Origin: Camelus ferus
Taxonomy: Eukaryota
Length of the DNA stretch: 64,000 nucleotides
Assembly: GCF_009834535.1 (NCBI RefSeq)
Contig: NC_045697.1
Coordinates: forward strand, 12,960,001 to 13,024,000
Direction of reading: 5' to 3'
The notes beneath the pieces are model-generated. The model searched no databases, had not been told where the DNA came from, and saw only the letters and a list, made by a program, of their open reading frames with translations. Of the stretch, positions 1-14,000 are shown piece by piece. How positions within the stretch are numbered: position 1 is the first letter of the stretch; every line of letters starts with the position of its first letter. A program made the position numbers and the translations under genes.

Positions 1-499
1 TTTTGAAATACCACCAGTGTTGTATCTCCATTTATTTCAGGGGGTTTTGGAACACTTTAAAAAATGCTCAAGGGAAAGTTGATTTGAAATAACTTTAATT
101 TACAAAATAAATACATGAAATATAGCAATTTTAGGAAACCCTAGGTTATGACATTCAGTTAAACAAACAAAAATTAAATAACCACAGAATCAAGAAACAT
201 GAACTCCAAGAACAATAGATAATATTTACTGTAGAAAATACCCCACAATTCTTGTAACATGCTTTTTTAAACTGTCTATGCAGAATACGAGCACTTACTC
301 TCTCTGATTATTTTGGCACATAATCATATTCAGTCTTACTACATTATAGTATTAGTGTTGTCTTACAGAATAACTCCTGGATCATTACTATTGATGAGAT
401 AATATCTTGTTTTAAGACCTAGATTCAGACTCCTTGAGACAAGGGGCTATTTATAACTCCCTGTACTTGCATAAGTCAATAACCTCTCAGTGGCTGGTT

Positions 500-1120
500 T
501 CTCTGTGTGACCTGATACGTCGATAAGAAAGCACAATCTCTTCTTACATTCTAGTGAAGCTAGACTCTCAATGAGTACACAAGTGGACAACATTTTTGTA
601 AGTAATGATAAAGAGCTGGGGAAAACAAACAACAAATAGTGACACTGTAGTGTGATAGCTTCTGTAGAGAGAGGGGGCAACTTTGGAAGGAATGCTCAAA
701 AAGGGTAAGATCCAATGAATGAGACATAGACAACCTCAAAAGGATGAGACAAAAACATGTTTCAGACACAGTGAAGAGTCACCATGAAGTTCCTGAGGCA
801 AGAACCAGATCTGCCTGCTCCAGCAACAGCCAAGTTTGCTGTGGCTTGAGCATGGTTGGCAAGGACAGGGAGTAGCTATTGGACACAATGTTGGAAAGGT
901 ATATGGAGAAGGCATTGAGAGGTTTTAAACAAGGGAGAAAACTGATCTCTCACTTTGAAGAATAATTTAACTGCTAGTAGAAATGGATCTTAGGATGCAA
1001 AAAGTGAAAACACAGTGACCAGTTAAGGGCCTGTTACTGAGAATCTTGCCCTAGGAATAAAGATGGCTTGAGTGTTGGCGATTCGAGTAAGTTTGGAGCA
1101 AAATGGGGGGGCCCATGATA
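500..1120 (-). mobile_element. L2 LINE fragment
   Basis: ggcattgagaggttttaaacaagggagaaaactgatctctcactttgaagaataatttaactgct. Confidence 0.65.
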
Positions 1121-3559
1121 TGTTTCAAAAAAAGGAGCTTTGTAAATCTTATTGCACTTTAGAAATGTACTATTATTATAGTTAATACGTATTTTAAAAA
1201 TTCAACTCAAAAATTAATTACTTAAGCCCCTTCCCATTTTTAAAAAAAAAAAGCTCACCACTATGCACACTGCTATTTCATAGCGATCTTTTTATTTTTT
1301 CCTGGTCTTTTTTTTGATGTAAGAAACTAGCATCTGATAAAATATGATCCAGGTACATAGTTGCTATGATAAATATTTGCCATATTAATGACTGCATAAA
1401 TAAAATATGGCAGACTTGCTTCAAGACGGTCGTGTCAAGGAGATATTTGAATGAGTGAAACGTAGATTGAAGGAGCTTATTGCTACAAGATAAAATCAGT
1501 GGACAATCTCCTCATTTCAGAATGGGAATTTTACTGTATCACTGACCCTGGGTATATTTTTACACGAAATTTCTTGGCAGCATTGAGCTTAGTCTGTTAG
1601 CATGAAATAATGTATATAAATGAGCTTTGAAAAGAACAAAGCTTTGTGTCAATAGTATTAAGAATTGCTGTCATTTATTTTCTGACCCCTATGAGTCAGA
1701 TCTCATGCTAGGCATTTGCACATACATTACCTTGTTTAATTCTCACAAAAATCATGGAGGAAAGACATTATCCCTTTGTTTTAAAATTGAGGGATCTGCT
1801 ACTCAGAAATGTTATTTAACAGCTGGAGGAAGGATAAAGCTTTCAAATCCTGATCTGATTCATTTCATTGCCTCAATAAAGGGGGACGTTACCATCTTGA
1901 TTTTGAAATAAATATTAACACGCAAATATCTATTACATTGTTGATTTCTTTGAAGAGTGTCTTAGAAATTTTGCTACATAAGCTTCTAAAATAATCACAG
2001 AATTACAGATTTTAGAGGTTTAGGGGTAGATCTCTATGTGACCAGATAGTTCTTTATATGTAATTCCTTGCTTGACTTTCAGATGCTCAAGGTCATTGGA
2101 AAGCAAAGCTAGGATTCAAATCCAATTTGGTGCTCTTCAGACCATAGCATACTGATTCAGAATTTGACATTTTGTTCATCTCTATGTTTATAAGAAGACT
2201 AAGATAAAAGACCCAGAGAAATCTATGAAAGGACTCATTTTTGCCATTGGTGAAAAGAATTTGTGGTTTACTTGAAAGAAAAAAATGACACGATAGAAGT
2301 AACAAATAGCTTTGGCTTAAAAAAAAAAGTGTATGCCCTACAAAATGCCTAAAAATAATGAAACAATAGTGCTGAGCACTGTCATGAGAGTGCAGTGCTT
2401 TGATGTACAGAAATACAGCAATGAAACGGATGCTGTTGGATGTCAAAGGCAAACTTTGCCGATGTCAGCAGTGTCAGTAACATAAACATCTAGAATGCAT
2501 GGGCAGGGAAAGTAGGAGAACACAGTAAGCAATAGAAGGAAAGATCATTGCCTTCAGCATTTTAGACATTTCACAAGTGTAGAAGAGGTCTTCATATCCC
2601 TGATCCATCTGGTTCAAACTGTCCCCCAGATACTGAATACTCAGGCTGCTTTTTTCAGTCACCTACACTGTGATCTCTGAGCCAAAAGGAACACCTATGG
2701 AGAAACACAAATCCTGGGGAGGGTGGGTTCATGCAGTCAGGATGCATAAATAATCCAAATGTTTACTCTGAACTCATCCATAACAACAAATTCAGAATGT
2801 CTCCCACCCCCACCAAATTCCCCAGAAGTGACCAAAGTCTGGGCTATGTAATTAAGACAACTGATTTCTCAGAAAATTGTGGTTGCATTGAGCCCATCAA
2901 TTACAATTTTCTTTAAATGAGGGTTAGTCCTTATCTCTCTCAAATATGCAAAACCTCAGGTTCTTCATGGGTTTTAAATGAATCCAGAGTATCTGCTGAC
3001 ATCACCTGGAAGCTCTGGATATCGATTACACCCACGGTGATATAAAAGAATGAGGCAGAAAAATATGAGAAATAAGGTCACATAGACAGGCTATAATTTA
3101 TCATGGGCCACCCACAGCATTACCAGGAGGTTAGAACCCTAGGTTGGCACCTCCTTTTTTTGGTTTTCCATGCTATTTGCCACATGGATGGTTAAAAGCG
3201 AGTTGCAGCTCCTCAGCTGGAGGTAGAATAAGGTGTCATGGACAGTTGTATACATTAATGTTTGGGAGGCTTGGGTTAAAATGACCATAGAAGTTTACGT
3301 GTTTATACTGACTTAACCGTTTCCCCATTGTATTGGGATCCAATCACAACTCAATGTTTACTTTGTTCCACTGACTCATAGGACTTGGAGAGCCTTCAAC
3401 CCACTGTGAGAAGAAATGTCAAGGTGTTTTCAAATAAATGAATTTAATATAGGAGAAAATTATAGAAATTAGAGCCAGAAAAAATTAAGACCCAAAGCAG
3501 AAGTTTTCAATGGAAGATATATCTAAATCATCTCAAGGTACTGCCTGCAAATTATTTTA

Positions 3560-3785
3560 TGGCTCCTTTGCCTGGTCTATAGAATATATCTTATGTTTTT
3601 CTATGTAACGTCTATCACATTGTGATTGGATAATTGTTTATGTAATTTCTTTGCTTGGTATCAGAGCCAATTCTAGACTATAAGAAAGTTGAGAGAGCAA
3701 CTTTTGTTTTCCATCAGAATCCATCACCTAGTAAGACCCTTCATGCCCAGGAGGTTTGGAGTAGACATTTGTTGAATGAATGCAT
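3560..3785 (+). mobile_element. L2 3' end
   Basis: Ends in catttgttgaatgaatg. Confidence 0.6.
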
Positions 3786-4950
3786 ATTCTTGAACTTTGC
3801 TCTCTCAGTGGGATAGTCTAATGTTGAGTTTGGTTGGATGGAATCCTACATATTTTCATAAGCTTTTAGAATTGCTGGTCTCCTTGCCCTGATTTCTTTA
3901 AGCTTCTGCCTGTAAGAGCATGTCTGGATCATTGTTTGCCTGAACTTGACAGGGCCAAAGTATTAATAATAAATCCCAGCATTCTCTTCTTCATATATTT
4001 TTCAGAAAGTTATTTACTGGTGCTTACTACGTTCTAATGTCCTGCTAGCACAAGATGAATGATCTGAGCCTTTTATACGAGGACCTCTATTCTGTCTGGT
4101 GGATGAGACAGATGAACAGAAAGTCTGCAGTTAGCACTACAGCCACTAGAGGAGGGCACAGAAACCTCTAGGAGCACAGAGCAAAGCCCCAAGTCTAGCT
4201 TTGCAGGTTGGCCTCCATCGAGACCTCTTCTGTCCTTGCTCCCACCCCTCACCATCCTTTTACAGTTGTGCTTGGGATGAATTACACTCAAATGCATTAT
4301 TTTCCGGCCCAACCGTGAGTCTTAAGTATCTATGCCCCCTTTTCACCTTCTTCCCCTCCTCATCTTAAGTACCAACCATACTAGGTATCTCTTGCAAGTT
4401 TCCTGTTTATTCTGTCCTACATCTGACACTTACATTGTCTAGGCCTCTTTTATGCTTCAACCTGACTCCCTTTCCTTGGCTTGTACCCTAATTCACAGTG
4501 CTTCACCCAGTGAGTGTTTAATAAAAAAAAATATTGTTCAGAACATGGACTTCCAAGTGTGCAGCTACCCACATTTCTTCTTGTTGGGACACACACCTGA
4601 GAGCCAAACTCTCCCATCCTTCTAACCTTTGGAATTTTAAACTTACTATATCAAAAGGGATAGAGGCTAACAATTTTGGGTTATACAGATTTTCATATGA
4701 CTTTAAATGTAAATAATACACAAGGATTTAATAAATCCTTTAAGTAAATACTAATATTTATTTGGGAAGAATTATTTGGAAAAATAAATCTTATACAAGA
4801 TTTTCCCCAATAACCTCACTAATAATTCCTTCCAAGAGCAAAGCAAGGGTTTTGTCAGCATTTCCAGGCGACCTGAAAACGGAGCACCTTTCACTGTGAA
4901 TGGCAAAAGGAACTTAAAACTCTCTTCAAATCTTTACTTGTTTCCTGTAA

Positions 4951-5075
4951 TTTAACTATTATGATTCTTCTCATTATAGATGAGGAAACTAAGTTTAACA
5001 GAATTCTGATGATTTGTCCAAGACCATATAGCTAGTAAGCCACAGAGTGAGGGATTTTGCAGTTGGTTTTGACTC
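4951..5075 (-). mobile_element. MIR SINE
   Basis: cattatagatgaggaaactaag...ccaagaccatatagctagtaag. Confidence 0.75.
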
Positions 5076-5289
5076 TCCCCCAAAGCTCCTCTTAGAAAAG
5101 TAGAACCAAATAGTTGAGAAACTTGTTGCCTTTGGATCCAGCTGGCTATGGTTTGAGTCCCAGCTCTTCCATGTGACCCTGTGTAGATTGTGGAGATTCC
5201 TTGAGCACTCATTTCATTATTAATAATATAGGAATTAAAAAGACTAAATAATTAAATTAGCACTGGAATGTGCTAAATAAGTCATAGTA

Positions 5290-5440
5290 AAGAGCTAATA
5301 TTTATCCAGCAGTTATCATACGCTGAGCACTTTTTGATGCATATGACTTGTATTAGCTCATTTAACAACAACCATATGGCTTAGGGGCAAATATTGTACC
5401 CATTTTACAGTTCCAGAAACTGAGGCATACAGAGTTTAAA
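5290..5440 (-). mobile_element. MIR SINE
   Basis: cccattttacagttccagaaactgaggcatacagag. Confidence 0.75.
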
Positions 5441-5841
5441 GGGTTTCTTTGTCCCAATGACTTCATGATTTTATTTATCTTTATGCGTTATAGTCTGTGC
5501 TAGTTTGCAGTTTGACATATTAAACCATGATAAGCCCTCAAAAACTGTTAGTCTCCCTTCTTCTGTTTATTTGTTGCTGTAGATTTTAAGCTGTAAATAA
5601 ACCACCTGATGTCAACTTATAGCAAGTCAAGTAAAGATAGTCAAATCACTGGTGGTGGATTAGAAATCATAAAATGTTTGCACTCTAGGGGATGTGGATA
5701 TTCACAGTTTATTTCTGTTTATTTGGGTTTTATTTTTCAGAGTAGCACTTTGTGCATGGTGTGCAAAAGTAACAATCACTTTTTGTCTTGGCAAATACCC
5801 CACCTTCCTGTCTAACTTGAGGAAATCCACACTCTACCTAG

Positions 5842-5999
5842 GTTTCTCCTACTCCTTGGTTCATGGATTGCAAGTTAGTTCTGATGCAAGTTAGCTGGAG
5901 GATCTGATTGCAAGTAAGATATTTGGAGGGTCCCATGGAGCCATTCATTACAAATGGAGCCACCATGGCTAACAGGGACGACCTGACAACCATTTCATG
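5842..5999 (+). other. Candidate exon (possible translation-start exon)
   Basis: Acceptor ctctacctag|g, in-frame ATGs at 5935 and 5965 (the second in a perfect GCCACCATGG Kozak context), and donor ATG|GTGAGT at 5999/6000. The protein is not recognised. Confidence 0.3.
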
Positions 6000-7114
6000 G
6001 TGAGTCTCCAAGGAGCGACAGCTTGAGCTATAGCATATGTGCTTGGAGAGCTTTCGAGGGACAGCAGACTGCATTTTCGGTCTTATTGTTTCAGAATGCC
6101 AGGGCGTTATGGGGACATGACTGTTAACAATAGAGCCTGCCATTGTTTTGCTGTTATTTTTTTCTCAAGGCTTTCTGAGTGACAGTCCCTGGGGAGAGTG
6201 AATTATCATCCTTAACTTGTAACTTAACTGCTCCTTTTGTCATTCTGCATAATTGCTGTCACCCAGGTAAAACTAAATGGTTTTTCTCCCTGGTAAATTC
6301 TCCCACACTCAGCTTGGAGCCCTTCAGGCAAGACAGGCAGTGGGGAACCTGGGCAGATAATGTACTGATCTAAAATGAGTCCTAGAAAAGGAGAGTCTTG
6401 GAAAGGCTTTGTCTCTGAAAACAAATGTCAAGCACAGTGAAGACACTGGCTTAAATAACTAAAGTTGCCATTTATTTAGCAATTACAAAAATAGGTATTA
6501 GAGTAGCATGTGCCCCATCGAGCAGTTGTGACGATTAAACTGTTAATACATTAAAAGCGTTCAGCCCAGTGTGTGGCATAAAATAAGAGCTCAGTCAGTG
6601 TTAGCTTGTACTGCTTTGTGACATTGTGTGTTTAATCATCACAACCATCTTTCAATGTATTTATTATTAGCCCCATTTTCCAGATGAGAAAACTGAATTA
6701 TTATTATTGGGGCTGGAACTTAGAAGTAAGTAGGCTAAGCTCTAAAGCTGAAATGTGCTCCACTTCCAAAACGCTCTTTGATTCACCCAGTGACTTGTGT
6801 CAAGTGAGAGGCTGAGACAATCGGTCATCCAACGAAAATGAATAAACTCGGGGGCTGATCACAGGCTATAAGGTTTACCAGTTAGTCTCATTATTTGAAT
6901 GAATTATTTCATTTTTTCATAAATCTATATTTTCATTAAACTCATATAGTAGGCTAAATATAATCATCTATTTTGAAATAGTGACTGCTTTGGTACCATT
7001 TTTTTGTTTTCATGAAAACCTTGAGACTGATCATAGCTGTTGATGATAGTATTTACCACAATAGTAATAGTAACCACAGTAGTATCAGCAATGATAACAA
7101 TGATAATATGAATA

Positions 7115-7345
7115 GCAATGGCGACCATTTATGGTTTACTTACTGTGTGGCAAGTGTGGTTCTAAGAATTTACCATCAATTATCTCATTTAATCCTCATC
7201 AGGCAGGTACTGTTATTATCCCTGATTTATATGCTATAAGACTGAGATTCAGAGAGGTGAAAGGAACACACTGAAAGTCACAGTTATTAAATGGATGAGA
7301 CAGGATTTGAACCCACGCCGTCAGACTTCTGAGTTGTGCTGTTTC
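7115..7345 (-). mobile_element. MIR SINE
   Basis: atctcatttaatcctcatcaggcaggtactgttattatccc...ggatttgaaccca. Confidence 0.8.
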
Positions 7346-9406
7346 ACCCACATAGGAAATGATAAACTGAGATGCAAACCCCACATGTCCCCATCCTTTC
7401 CTTCTCATTCAAATCCATGATAGTACGGGTGCCTGTTGAATCCACTGTCTACTGTACTCACAGCCGTTTGATTTTAGGAGGCAAAATTTTCTTAGACTTG
7501 GGTATATTACGTATTAGTAGTGCTAAAATGAATAAACCAGAGTAATTGCAACACAAGGACTGATTTCACTGACTATACAGGTGACTCTCAGCTGGGTCTG
7601 GGAGGGCAGGGGAAGCAATGCAGGGGATATGGATAGAGATGGGGATTGGAGCCTGGGGAGTGAATGAAGTCTCTTTGGAGCCATGGTAGCATTTCTAGAA
7701 AAGGGATCCATCAAAAAGCACATTCATATGAGTATGGTTTTCATTATGTACAAACTATAGAAAGCAAAGTTCAGCAAAATCTTTGCTGGCAGGTATAGGG
7801 CATGGGTTACAAAGAGAGGCTGAACAACACTGACCTACCTGACAGTGTGTCTAGTTTTCACTAATGCGTACCTTAGGCTGAGACAGACCTATGCTTAAAG
7901 ACTGCACACGTATTTGAATAGGTTATTTCAACTGAGCCTCAATTTAGTCACATTTAAAAAAGGGATTCTGATACTCTTCTTGCAGGCACAGTTCCTAGCA
8001 CATGGTAGGGACTCTGTAACTGGGACCTATGATTATTTTCATCTTGATCATCCATCTTAATAAGAAGGTTAAAGTAAGATTCGTTCAATGGCAAAATGAT
8101 CAGTAGTTCTGAAAATTCATGTCCACATTAATTTATTCTTGATGCCCTATAGTTGACTTAATATCTTTCTATAAGCACTGACAAAGGTAAATATACTCCA
8201 CTTTATGCTCTATTTCTCTCCATCTCTTTCTCTTTCTTTTTTCCTATGCTCTCTCTGAACCCCCTTCCAAAACAGTGTATCTCTTCAGTTTATGCTTTGT
8301 GACTTCTCTCTCTAAGGGGAACTCAGAACAACAGATTCCAGTTTCATAGCATACATAATGCATTCTGCATTAAAACAAAAAACAAAGAACAATTTTAACT
8401 CTTGACCATGCTCACTGAGGGAAAGCTGGTATTGTAGTCTGTCCACTTCTTGGTGAAATTCCTCATAAAGAATTGGAAAATGCACAAAGGCTTGGTTCCA
8501 TGTTAATGAAAACATATTTAGAAATAACGTGAAGACCAGCCTGTCTCCTAGAGATAGACTGAGTTACAAATTCCAGCTACATTCTCTGAGTGGTAAAGTT
8601 GTCCTGAGGAGTACCCCTGGGAACAGATCACCCCAGCGATCAGGTGGTGGTCACACTGCTACCTCCTCGTGATCTGGACGAGATATATTACAGGTCAGAT
8701 CTATCACAGCTGTCCTGGCAGTCATAGGGAGGAGCTGGTGATCTTTAACCTAGGACACCAGCCAAGGATTATTTATCCGTCAAAACTTTTCAAATATAAG
8801 CCAGCGGTACTGAGCCTGTGGGCCCTAGACTGTCTTACTGTCTGATTTCCATGAGGAAGATCTTCAGATAATTTTGGTAAAGGCTGGAAAGAGCAGCCTC
8901 ATTGCCAAAAGGCAAAAGGAAAGAGACATAAGACTCTATTTTGTCTCTTTCTTCTCTTCCACGAAAAACAAACGAGGGTCCCTTGATTTTGAATGCATTG
9001 TCTCCACAAGCAGCAGCCCTGAATTTTGAGTCAGGAAAAGCAACGCTTTCCATTCCCTGGCTCCCCCCACAGGACCTTCAGATTTCAAAAGTCAGCTTTG
9101 AAGCACCTGGTTTTCCAGGAGTTCGAAATGTGTCAGATTGACTTAACTCAAACTTGCCTGCACACTCCTTTCAAGTGTAGGAACAATGACCTCGTCCAGG
9201 CCACCTTCCAAGTTTCTTTTTCAGGCTTGGATCCCCTGAGTTGCAGCCCAGACTGGACCAGTTGTTGCTCTCTCTCAACCCCTCAGTTAAAATGGCACGT
9301 TGGGTTTGCAGGAAGATGGCAGCAGATCGCTTGTCTTGGATTCAGTTCTGTTAAAATTTTCTTTGAGAATAAGTTTGTCTGGGGGAAGGAGGAGAAAAAA
9401 AAAAAC

Positions 9407-9431
9407 GTGTGTGTGTGTGTGTGTGTGTGTG
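9407..9431. repeat. (TG)n microsatellite following an A-run
   Basis: Directly visible. Confidence 0.95.
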
Positions 9432-11064
9432 GTGGGAGGTGAGGGTATGCTTACAGCCCTGCTGATAAAAAAACTGCAGATATTTGGAAGCACATTATGT
9501 TTTTATTTTTCAACCAAACCACAGTGCTGAGGGATTTGACTGCTGGGAGAAAAGAGGGCACATTTGTCAGACTTTCGCTTCGGTGCATGCTTGGGCAGTT
9601 AGTAAATAAAATATCTGAGAGGATATGAATTGCTCTGCTGTCCAGTGGCTAAGGTTTACCTTATGGTTTTGCAAGTCCTCCCTCTGGCTTATAACAGTTT
9701 CGTATTGAGTGAAGATATTTGATACCCATCACCCTATAGAAATGCAGGTGAAAAATTAATTTGCCTACTGAAAAGTAAGCTCACAGGTATGAGGAGCAAA
9801 ACTTAGTCAATGTCAATAAATGTGTTTTGGAGAAATTCTGCATTTCTGCCTCCTGTGTGATTTCAGCACAGACTTTAGGACATGGTAAGTGCTTGATAAG
9901 TGATTTGAATGAAACCAGGTAGGATGCTACGTTTACAGAATACATATTACATAATTCTTTAATATTCTACCCCTGATCTAAGTAATAGGCTAGTAATGGG
10001 TTTATGTGATTTTTAACACACAATGCTACTTAGAAAGGATACCAACTCAACTGGGGTGTTTAATACATGTTGGTTGGATAAATTTTAAATTCACTACTGA
10101 AAACTATTGCCAGTAAAATAATTTTATGCTACCTGACCCCAGGCATAAGCAGAACATATATTAAACATGTATTTATGGCAGACTGTATAATTTCTTTTAG
10201 AGAAAGTAATTCCCATGGCAATCCATTTCTAGATTTGCCCAGAACAGTTGTTGAAATCACAATTAAAATGTTTTCTTTGGCTTGGAAAGGGGGAGGGATT
10301 GGGCCCTTGGTTGTCCAGCTGAGAGAAACAGCCCTTTATGGAGGAGGAGGTAACATTCTTTCTGTCCATAATTCAGTGGCTTAATCCTTAGCAACAGACC
10401 TAATCATTGCTTCAGGCTTTCCAGCTGAGTTAAACCAACATCGTGCTACAAAGACCACTAAGGAAAGGCTTGCTTGTTCATATATTGATTAAATCCTATA
10501 CATCATCACCCCATTTTTAAGGTCGAAATGAATAGAAGTTAGGAAACTCTCCCAGCATCCTCAGATGACTAAATGTTTAATTATTGAGAGAAGGAGTAGC
10601 CTAACTCTGCTGCAAAACCTGCAGCCTGATGTGTCTGTTTAACTGGCCTTCACCTTACCTTGAACGACTGCCTCCCTTAAGATGCACTCCTTTCAGAAAA
10701 CGGTTCTTTGGGATATTTGCCACCTCTTGAACAACATCAGTTGACTTCCTTTTATCAGACCATAATACCTGTGTACTTAATGATGTTGCCCCCTTACTTG
10801 AGCTTGGAAGGAGCACAGGGTCAAACCTCTCGCTCTGCTACAGACTTCATAAAGACAAAGGATTTTTCATACTATTTGTGTCCGTCTGCTTGTTGAAAGC
10901 TTGGTGTGTATAACACTTAAACACCGTGTTCCCCTTTCTATTTTAACAGTCTTATTTGTGTGTGTATGTGTATTGTAAACCATAGGACACTTATTTTTGT
11001 ATTGTGCGACCTATAAATAATACATTTTGAATTATAAATGTAACCACAAGCTATCCTAAAATCA

Positions 11065-11180
11065 ATGCTAGCTGTGCCATCTTTGGCAAGTTTTCTTATC
11101 TGTAAAATGGGGATTACAATGTTTATCTTATAGTGTTGTGATGAGGACCAAATGAATTAATAATGCAAAGTATGAATTGT
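11065..11180 (+). mobile_element. MIR SINE
   Basis: ttcttatctgtaaaatggggattac. Confidence 0.75.
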
Positions 11181-11413
11181 AAAGTACAAACTTTACCATT
11201 GGCTCTAAGCTCCATGATACCATAGGAAGTAATTTAACCAGTTGTAGATTCCCAAGGCTTCAGACCACACCTAGCATTCATTGTCAAGGCTTTTGGACAT
11301 GGGATCTCACAGGCCTGGGATATCTTCACCTTTATAATGTCTTCCTGCTTCCTGCCAACCCAGATAGAACTGATTCCCTGGTCCTTGATGCTACTCTGCT
11401 ATTTTGGATATAT

Positions 11414-11625
11414 TAGCATTTCTCAGCCTTGCTGTCATTGACATCTGGGGCTGGATAATTCTTTGTTGCGGGTGTCTGTCCTGTTCATTGTAGGGCATTT
11501 ATCAGAATCCCTAACCTCTACCCATTAGATGCCAGTAACATCCTCCTAGTGTGGCAACCAGAAAAGTCTCCAGGTATTGCTAAGTATCCCCTGGTTGGCC
11601 AAACAGTCCTAGTTGAGAAATACTG
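11414..11625 (-). mobile_element. MER20 (hAT-Charlie non-autonomous DNA transposon), near full length
   Basis: ttgacatctggggctggataattctttgttg...cctctacccattagatgccagta...gttgagaaatactg is the reverse complement of the recalled MER20 consensus, with terminal inverted repeat (TIR) remnants. Confidence 0.9.
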
Positions 11626-12109
11626 ATTTACAACATTTTATGGTACTTATTTTATTTAATGAACGTTTATTATAGTACCTATAATATGTCAGAGATTTTT
11701 CTAAAAGCAATGCATATGTCAATATTAGTACTTGTAAATTAGGTGCTAGTATCATATCTGGTTCACAGCTGGGAGATCTAGATAGGGGGAGGTTAGAGCT
11801 GAGGAATCTGAAGCACAGAGAAGCTACGTGACTTGTCCCAGCTCGTAAGTGGAGAGTGGGGCTTCACACTCCATTCACATGCTCTATCCGCCATGCTGTG
11901 CTCTGCCCCCCCCGGGGCTGTGCAAGCCCTGGAGTCTGGGGGGGTGGTGGTCAGAGGCTGGAATTATCTTTGGTTCCAGAACAGCAAGCCTGGTATAAAT
12001 GTTAAGCTAGGTGAACCAGTGCCTGTCAGTAATTCTACCTCTTTACCAAGAAATGCTTTACATCAAAAGGGAAGTAAACAATTTCTACTCTAGTGTATTA
12101 AATAACTTC

Positions 12110-12225
12110 TAGATGAGGAGACTGAGACTTAGGGGGAGTAAAAGATCCCCCAAGGTCACAAGGCTGGTGAATGGCAGAGAGAGGCCATGATTCAGGGTCT
12201 TCTGACATGCAGTTCAATGCCCTTT
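12110..12225 (-). mobile_element. MIR SINE
   Basis: agatgaggagactgagac...cccaaggtcacaaggctggtgaatggcagag. Confidence 0.75.
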
Positions 12226-13169
12226 ATTTTTCCACATCACTCTCCTTTCTTGTTTACTTTATCAAAATTAACATTGTCACCATCACCATGATCATCACTA
12301 TCACCACCCACGTTCCGGTGCCTGTTTCTCTTTCCTGTGACTATTTTGTATGTTCATTAAAACCCCCCAGGTTATGACTTCACTGCACTTCTTTTCCCAT
12401 CCATGACAGAGAAATTCAAAGCTCAAAATATTTAATACCTCCACGAATAACTCCCTGCTCAGTAACACTAGTCTTCAAATCATCCTAGTCAATTATATCT
12501 CAGTAGAGCTGGGGGTGGGGGGGGGAGATTCTAAGCTCTTTAATTCTCATCACTAGGTTTTATTCCTTTCACAGTCAAGATTCTTGAAGTTCTGCATAAA
12601 TGATGTTGTTTTTATGTATAGGAATTATTAATTGTTGACTTTTAAGGTTTGGGATATAGTGGTAGGATTATTATAGAATTATCAGAGCTTTCCAAGCGTT
12701 CAAATTACTCCCCACTCCCCTCCTTGGTCCTTAATATCACTGTTCTCTGGTCCGCCAGTGATCTCTAGGCAGAAGGTAATGGTGCAGCCCCTGTTCTGAC
12801 TTCTGATTACTGGAGCCAGAAAAGAATCTTCAATTATTTAGGAATTTAAATATGTACAATATTATTAACAAGGCAGGGTCATAGTTGAATGATATCATCA
12901 AAATAAATCTTACACGCAAGAAGGTATTTTTCACCTTTATTTTATGTGATTTGTGAAACACCCAGAAGGTCCTTTGGCTTCCTCTAAATACCTACTTACT
13001 CAAAGGCTATAAGGTCTTAAATATTAGCATTAATAAATGAATCCTTTTGCATGCTATGTTCTTTTAAAAGTCAAAAGCCCTCAGAAGGAAGTGCTAATTA
13101 AAATTAATTCACACTGAGGTATTAATAGCAAGGCAGAGTGAAGAAAATTTGTAGACACAGAGTTAAAAG

Positions 13170-13310
13170 ACTTACTGACATACCTTGCTACTTTGAACAA
13201 GTCACTTAACCTCTCTCAGTTTGAGTTTCTTCATCTGGAAAATGGAAATGATAAAATTGACCCACAGAATTCTATTGTGAGCATTAAATAATGTAATGCA
13301 AGTAAAAACA
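13170..13310 (+). mobile_element. MIR SINE
   Basis: caagtcacttaacctctctcagtttgagtttcttcatctggaaaatgg. Confidence 0.8.
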
Positions 13311-13789
13311 CTTTTTAAAGGCTAATATTGCTGTTTTTTTCCAGCTTTTTGTGACATTCTTCTAACTAAAAGCCCAGGATATAAGACCACTGAATGGCTA
13401 AGACGGAGACATTTAAAATAAATTCCCTGGACTTCAAAGTTTTAGTCACAGTAATCTTTGCATATTGAAAAAAAAATTAATAATGAGCTTACAGGATTTC
13501 TGGAGTATCAGAGAAAATTGAAGGCCAACTGACTAAAAAGGGAACAGCAAAAAGATTTCTCAAATGACCATCTGCTTTCTAGATATTACACTCCCTACTC
13601 ATCACCCCTGGCCCTTCCAGACTTCTGGCTGTCCCCTTTGCATTTGAAAAAATAAAAGTCATTATTCAGCTTCTGACTGGACTTTTAAAATCCAAAGTGG
13701 AAGTTATATTCCTATATTAAGTCAGGGAAGTGCTATTGAAAACCATCTGATACATGTATAAAACCAAGGTTTAATATCAACCAGCCTAA

Positions 13790-14000
13790 GGGGGGAGACT
13801 AATCTATGCTTTTGGAAACCAATATATGAGGGTCTTGGTAGCCATCAATTTCAATCTTAACAATAGAGAAAAATATCTTGTTGCATTTGGGGCTGGTCAC
13901 CTGAACTCTATGCTTATCTAGAGTCTGAGACAGTCCTACCTGCTCTGTCTCTGAAGTCACACTGTTAGAGATGGTGTAGTCCCAGCAGGCATCGTCAAAA
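13790..14000 (+). mobile_element. L3/CR1 LINE remnant
   Basis: gacagtcctacctgctctgtctctgaagtcacactgttagagatggtgtagtcccagcaggcatc weakly resembles the CR1/L3 RT 3' region. Confidence 0.4.
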
